DNA from: an uncultured Acidobacteriota bacterium
GTDB lineage: Bacteria; Acidobacteriota; Terriglobia; UBA7540
Length of the DNA: 64,000 nucleotides
Direction of reading: 5' to 3'
NCBI GenBank assembly: GCA_963804995.1
Contig: CAWDSK010000003.1
Span: 1,216,001 to 1,280,000, forward strand
Positions 60,025 to 64,000 of this stretch are shown here, piece by piece. The position numbers and the translations under genes are program-made. The first letter of the stretch is position 1. Each line of letters opens with the position of its first letter. The notes under the pieces are model-generated. The model was given only the letters and a program-made list of their open reading frames with translations, was not told where the DNA came from and searched no databases.

Positions 60025-61167
60025 CTATGTTCCTCCCGTCGTTCGGTCCCCTGCCCGTGGGGAGCGTGGAGAGTCGATCTGCATGGCTTCCAGTGTCCGG
60101 CGGATGGCCTCCACCAGGGATTGCATGTCGTCCGGAAACAATTGTCCGATGGTCCCGATGCGGAAGCAATTTGCATTGCTGACCTTGCCGGGATAAATCA
60201 CCAACCCCTGTTCGCTCAGCCGTTGATAAAACTGCCGGAAGTCGAAATTCGGGTGGGCGGGATAGAGAAAGGAAGTAATGATGCTGCTCTGGTGCTCAGG
60301 CTCCAGGTAGGCGTCAAATCCCAGCGCGGTCATGCCTGCCAGGAGGGCCTGATGGTTGGCGGCGTAGCGGGCCGCCCGAGCCGTAACTCCACCTTCCGCC
60401 TCGAGGTCTTCCAAAGCTTGCCAGAAGGCAAGGATAACGTGCGTGGGTGGTGTAAAGCGGAATTGTCCGTCCGACTCCAGACCCCTCCACTGAGCCACGA
60501 GGTCGAGGCTGAGACTGCGGGCGCGGCCCTCGGCAGCGATTAAGAGATCGCGCCGGGCAAGCGCAAACCCAAAACCCGGAACCCCCTGGATGCATTTATT
60601 CGCCGAAGAAACCAGAAAGTCGACGCCGCACGCGGCAAGGTCCATGGGCATGCCCCCGAAGCTGCTCATAGCGTCCACAAAGAAGACGCGGCCGCATTCC
60701 TTGACGACCCCGCCAATCTCTGCCAAGGGGTTCAGGATTCCTGTGGTGGTCTCGCAGTGGATAAGCCCGACGTGGGTGATCGCTCCATCGCGCCTCAGCG
60801 CTTGGCGGACGGCGACGGGATCGACGGGGCGCGATTCGGGAAAGACGAGAGTTTCAGTGGCGATGCCCAAGGTCCGCGCGATTTTGGCCATGCGGTGTCC
60901 GTAAGCGCCATTGATCAGGACCAGCAGTTTCCCGTCCCGGGGCAGCACGGAAGAAATGACGGACTCAACCGCGAAGGTGCCGGAGCCCTGCATCAAAACG
61001 GCCGTATAATCGCCGCCCGCAACCTGGCCCAGTTCCAGCAAACGCTGGCGGATTTTCCGCACGACTTCAAGAAATTCCGAGTCCCGTGAACCCAGGTCCC
61101 GCAGCATGGCCCGCTTGACGGCTTCGCTGGTGTTCAAGGGGCCGGGCGTGAAGAGAATTTTTTGCAT
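60025..61167 (-). CDS. phnW: 2-aminoethylphosphonate--pyruvate transaminase
   Basis: [60 protein letters not shown]. Confidence 0.95.
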   Translation of the reverse strand: MQKILFTPGPLNTSEAVKRAMLRDLGSRDSEFLEVVRKIRQRLLELGQVAGGDYTAVLMQGSGTFAVESVISSVLPRDGKLLVLINGAYGHRMAKIARTLGIATETLVFPESRPVDPVAVRQALRRDGAITHVGLIHCETTTGILNPLAEIGGVVKECGRVFFVDAMSSFGGMPMDLAACGVDFLVSSANKCIQGVPGFGFALARRDLLIAAEGRARSLSLDLVAQWRGLESDGQFRFTPPTHVILAFWQALEDLEAEGGVTARAARYAANHQALLAGMTALGFDAYLEPEHQSSIITSFLYPAHPNFDFRQFYQRLSEQGLVIYPGKVSNANCFRIGTIGQLFPDDMQSLVEAIRRTLEAMQIDSPRSPRAGDRTTGGT

Positions 61168-61254
61168 TTCTTATGTTGGATCAATCTCCCAGGTTGAGGG
61201 AAGCGGCGCCGGCGGCCTGAATGCCACCGGCGCCATAGATGCCTCCCCTACGCG

Positions 61255-64000
61255 CTAGAACTGGAAGCGCAGTGACATCTGGATGGTACGCGGCCCAGCC
61301 TGTGAAGTGGCCTGGGCGTTGGAGATGTGCCCGAAGCTGCCGGTGATGTTCATGTTCGGCTCCCCCCAGTTGACGATGTTGAACAGGTTGGAGAATTGCG
61401 CCTCGTACCTAAAAGCGAAGCGCTCGGTAATGTGGAATGTTTTACCGGTCGACATCGAGAAGGTCACCGCCCCCGGTCCCTCCAGAACGCCGACGCCGCA
61501 ATTGCCGAAGCGTCCGATGGGCTCCGCCGTCCCGGCCGCGTCCACAGGATGCGCGGGCACGTTGTAAGCCGCCACGTTGAAGAAGGCTGAGGTGGTGGGA
61601 TTCGAAAGATAACCGCTCCCTCCGCCGCAGTCCGGGCGCTGCACGGCCACCGAACGCTGGCTGGGGTTCGTGCCCGATGAGTCATATACGCTGCTGGGGT
61701 AGTAAGGAGTCTCCCAGAAGCCCGAACGCAGGTAGGTGATTCCGGTCACATTCCAGCCGCCGACTGCGAGGTCAGCGGCACGGCTGGAGTTACCCAAGTA
61801 GGTCTTGCCGCGTCCGAACGGTAGCTCGTAGACAAAGGTGCTGATAAAGGCGTTGCGGGGATCGAAGTAGGCATTTCCGTTGTCTGGAGTGATGTTGTAA
61901 ATGTTGTTGACGTTCGCCCCGTTGTCACCTTGTCCTTTGTAGGGAATGGCCGAATTCGGAGCCGGGCCCAAGACATTGGTCTTGTTTGAAGACAGGGTAT
62001 AGCTGTTGGTGAAGCTCAGCCCGTGCCCGAAGCGCCGATTCAATTCGATGATGAACGCGTCATACCTGGCGCTCGGCCCGTTGTTGCGGGTCAGAACCTC
62101 GGCGAAGTGGGGGAACTTCAGGTTCTGCTGGCGCAGCGCGAGGGTGGCGGTCAGAGCGGCATATCCGTACACGGTGTTGCCGGTCATGGGATCGGTGTAG
62201 GACGCCGTATTCGGCGCCACCTGGTTCAGGTCCGGACTATAGATCAGGTCCACGGTGTGCGAGCCCACATAGCTGAGCCGCAGCAACGTCTGGAAGCCGA
62301 TGTTTTGTTCAAACGCCGCATTCCACTGATAGACTCGCGGATCCTTCAGATCCCACTGGTTGGCGCGGCGATAGCCTGGGAACGAAGTAACGCCGGGCGC
62401 TCCGGAGAAAACGTTGTTGAAATTCAAGATGGGAGTGGCAGGGGTTGGGGTATAGGTCCCATAGTAGCTGGTATCGATGCCCAGCAAGGAATAGAGCACC
62501 GCCCCCAGGACCGGCACTGAGTAAACCCCTGCGGAAGCGCGCACCACGGTTTCACGACGGGGCATCCAAGCGAAGCCCAAGCGTGGTTGGATGTTAGTCC
62601 AATAGGTATTACGCATCCCAGCCCCCAAGCCGACCGCGCTGCCGAGCACAAAAGGAGTGCTGCCGACCGCCTCCTTCCAAAGAGGATTGATATTCTCATT
62701 CGGGTTCACCACCAACTGACCACCCGGAACCTTGTAATTGAAGTTGCCGAGTTGGTTGGTGGCATCCTGGAAGGGGGTGTTGAGCTCGTAGCGGAGGCCT
62801 GCGGTCAAGGTCAAATCGCGCCGGACCTTCCACTCCGTCTGGCCGAAGCCGGAGTAGTGGTATCCATAGGGCTTGCCGTCGGGTCCGTTCTGCGCTTGTA
62901 GTCCGAATGTCACATCCCCTTGGAGCAATTGCGCCACCGAGCAGGCGTCGGGGTAAGTGGAAATCTCCGCCCCGGAACAAGTGTATGCGCCGGTGATGAA
63001 GTAGTCCCCGTATTCGTCGCCGAGGTTAAAGGTGATGTTATCCCGGTAGTTCAGACGCCGGAAATCGAAGCCGAACTTGGAGGTAAAGCGGCCGCGTATC
63101 CAAGTCAGGTTATCCCCCAATTCAAAGACGCCGTTCCCTTCTACGCGCGGATGACCGAATGCGTTCGTTTGGCCGCCCAGCAGGTTCCCGACGTAGAAGA
63201 CGGGCACGCCTCCCAGCCCGTTCTTGGGCGAGCCGGGAAGGCCGGTGATGCCCAGTGACTGAATGATCGAGTCACCCTGCTTCGCCTGCGGATAGGTGTA
63301 ACTGAAGTTCGCGCGCGTCCACCCGCCCCGCAGCTCGTTCATCAGGTCCGGCCGGATGACCCAATTATAGGAGACAGCCAGGTTGGTGGCGTCCAGGGTG
63401 GTGCCGAACGTCCCCATGAGGGGGTTGTAGTTGTTGTCGCTACTGGTGCCCAGCGCGCCGATTGCTGCCGTGGGGTCCGTACCGGTGTCCGTGGGGCTCT
63501 TCTGCGTGATACGGAAATAGATGCGATGGTTAGCATTGAAAACGTGGTCGAGGCGCCCGTCGTAGCCATCCACTGAGTACTTGCCCGGCATGGTCGAGAT
63601 CAAATTGTTGCCGGTCGAGTCGATGTTCGTGCTGCCGTTGGTAGGCGTGGGGAAAAACTGCGGGAGAATCTTGGCAGCCGTCGGATCGATGCTGGTGATT
63701 TTGTTGCCGGCGAAGGGGTGCCCGGTGAGTGGGTTGGTCAGGGTCAGACCCGGAACCCCGGAGAAGTCCCCACTGGCCCATGCCGCGGGGATGGTTTGGG
63801 TGGCGATCAGGGTATTCTCGTTCAAACGCACACCTTCATAATCAAAGTAGAAGAAGGTGTGATCTTTGATGATCGGACCGCCAATGGAGCCACCGTAGGT
63901 GTTGGCGTCCAGCGACGGGTTGTAACTGGCGATCGGGTCCATGGAGTTCCAACTCTTGCGCTGCAGGAACCAGAAGGCGCTGCCGTGAAATTGATTGGTG
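61255..64000 (-). CDS. TonB-dependent receptor-like protein (5' end outside the window)
   Basis: TNQFHG..., NTYGGSIGGPI, LTLTAGLRYE, QPRLGFAW, C-terminal PRTIQMSLRFQF. Confidence 0.9.
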   Translation of the reverse strand, partial: TNQFHGSAFWFLQRKSWNSMDPIASYNPSLDANTYGGSIGGPIIKDHTFFYFDYEGVRLNENTLIATQTIPAAWASGDFSGVPGLTLTNPLTGHPFAGNKITSIDPTAAKILPQFFPTPTNGSTNIDSTGNNLISTMPGKYSVDGYDGRLDHVFNANHRIYFRITQKSPTDTGTDPTAAIGALGTSSDNNYNPLMGTFGTTLDATNLAVSYNWVIRPDLMNELRGGWTRANFSYTYPQAKQGDSIIQSLGITGLPGSPKNGLGGVPVFYVGNLLGGQTNAFGHPRVEGNGVFELGDNLTWIRGRFTSKFGFDFRRLNYRDNITFNLGDEYGDYFITGAYTCSGAEISTYPDACSVAQLLQGDVTFGLQAQNGPDGKPYGYHYSGFGQTEWKVRRDLTLTAGLRYELNTPFQDATNQLGNFNYKVPGGQLVVNPNENINPLWKEAVGSTPFVLGSAVGLGAGMRNTYWTNIQPRLGFAWMPRRETVVRASAGVYSVPVLGAVLYSLLGIDTSYYGTYTPTPATPILNFNNVFSGAPGVTSFPGYRRANQWDLKDPRVYQWNAAFEQNIGFQTLLRLSYVGSHTVDLIYSPDLNQVAPNTASYTDPMTGNTVYGYAALTATLALRQQNLKFPHFAEVLTRNNGPSARYDAFIIELNRRFGHGLSFTNSYTLSSNKTNVLGPAPNSAIPYKGQGDNGANVNNIYNITPDNGNAYFDPRNAFISTFVYELPFGRGKTYLGNSSRAADLAVGGWNVTGITYLRSGFWETPYYPSSVYDSSGTNPSQRSVAVQRPDCGGGSGYLSNPTTSAFFNVAAYNVPAHPVDAAGTAEPIGRFGNCGVGVLEGPGAVTFSMSTGKTFHITERFAFRYEAQFSNLFNIVNWGEPNMNITGSFGHISNAQATSQAGPRTIQMSLRFQF

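Overview
A 64-kb bacterial chromosomal segment of moderately high GC. The gene content (three large carboxypeptidase-regulatory-domain/TonB-dependent-type outer-membrane proteins, ceramidase-like hydrolases, an mfd-surA-yhaM-dusB-rsmI-tonB block) points to an Acidobacteriota genome; this is an inference. In order, the window holds: the end of a polysaccharide cluster; a hemD-hemE fusion; a SnoaL-TusA/DsrE pair; a high-GC split PEP-utilising phosphotransferase whose ATP-grasp half carries a cyclic-nucleotide-binding domain; an RRM protein; glnE; a TPR protein; a low-GC restriction-modification pair flanked by IS1595-like remnants; two TonB-dependent-receptor catabolic loci; an intact IS110/IS1111 element; a vapBC-type pair; housekeeping genes; a candidate 6S RNA; tRNA-Gln; and an island-like region (IS1380 relic, glgP fragment, phnWX). 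The best finding is the IS110-family element at 41902-43616. Its ends, core, empty target and circle junction can be reconstructed by eye, and its ~570-nt downstream non-coding region contains short segments matching both halves of the target and both halves of the donor junction, i.e. a readable bridge/seek RNA aimed at a GTAG-type palindromic repeat. The window also has a 211-bp MITE in two copies, nested palindromic repeats and heptamer arrays that invade coding sequence. Four genes carry single frameshifts, which may be assembly indels. All calls are from motif recognition only; no searches were run.
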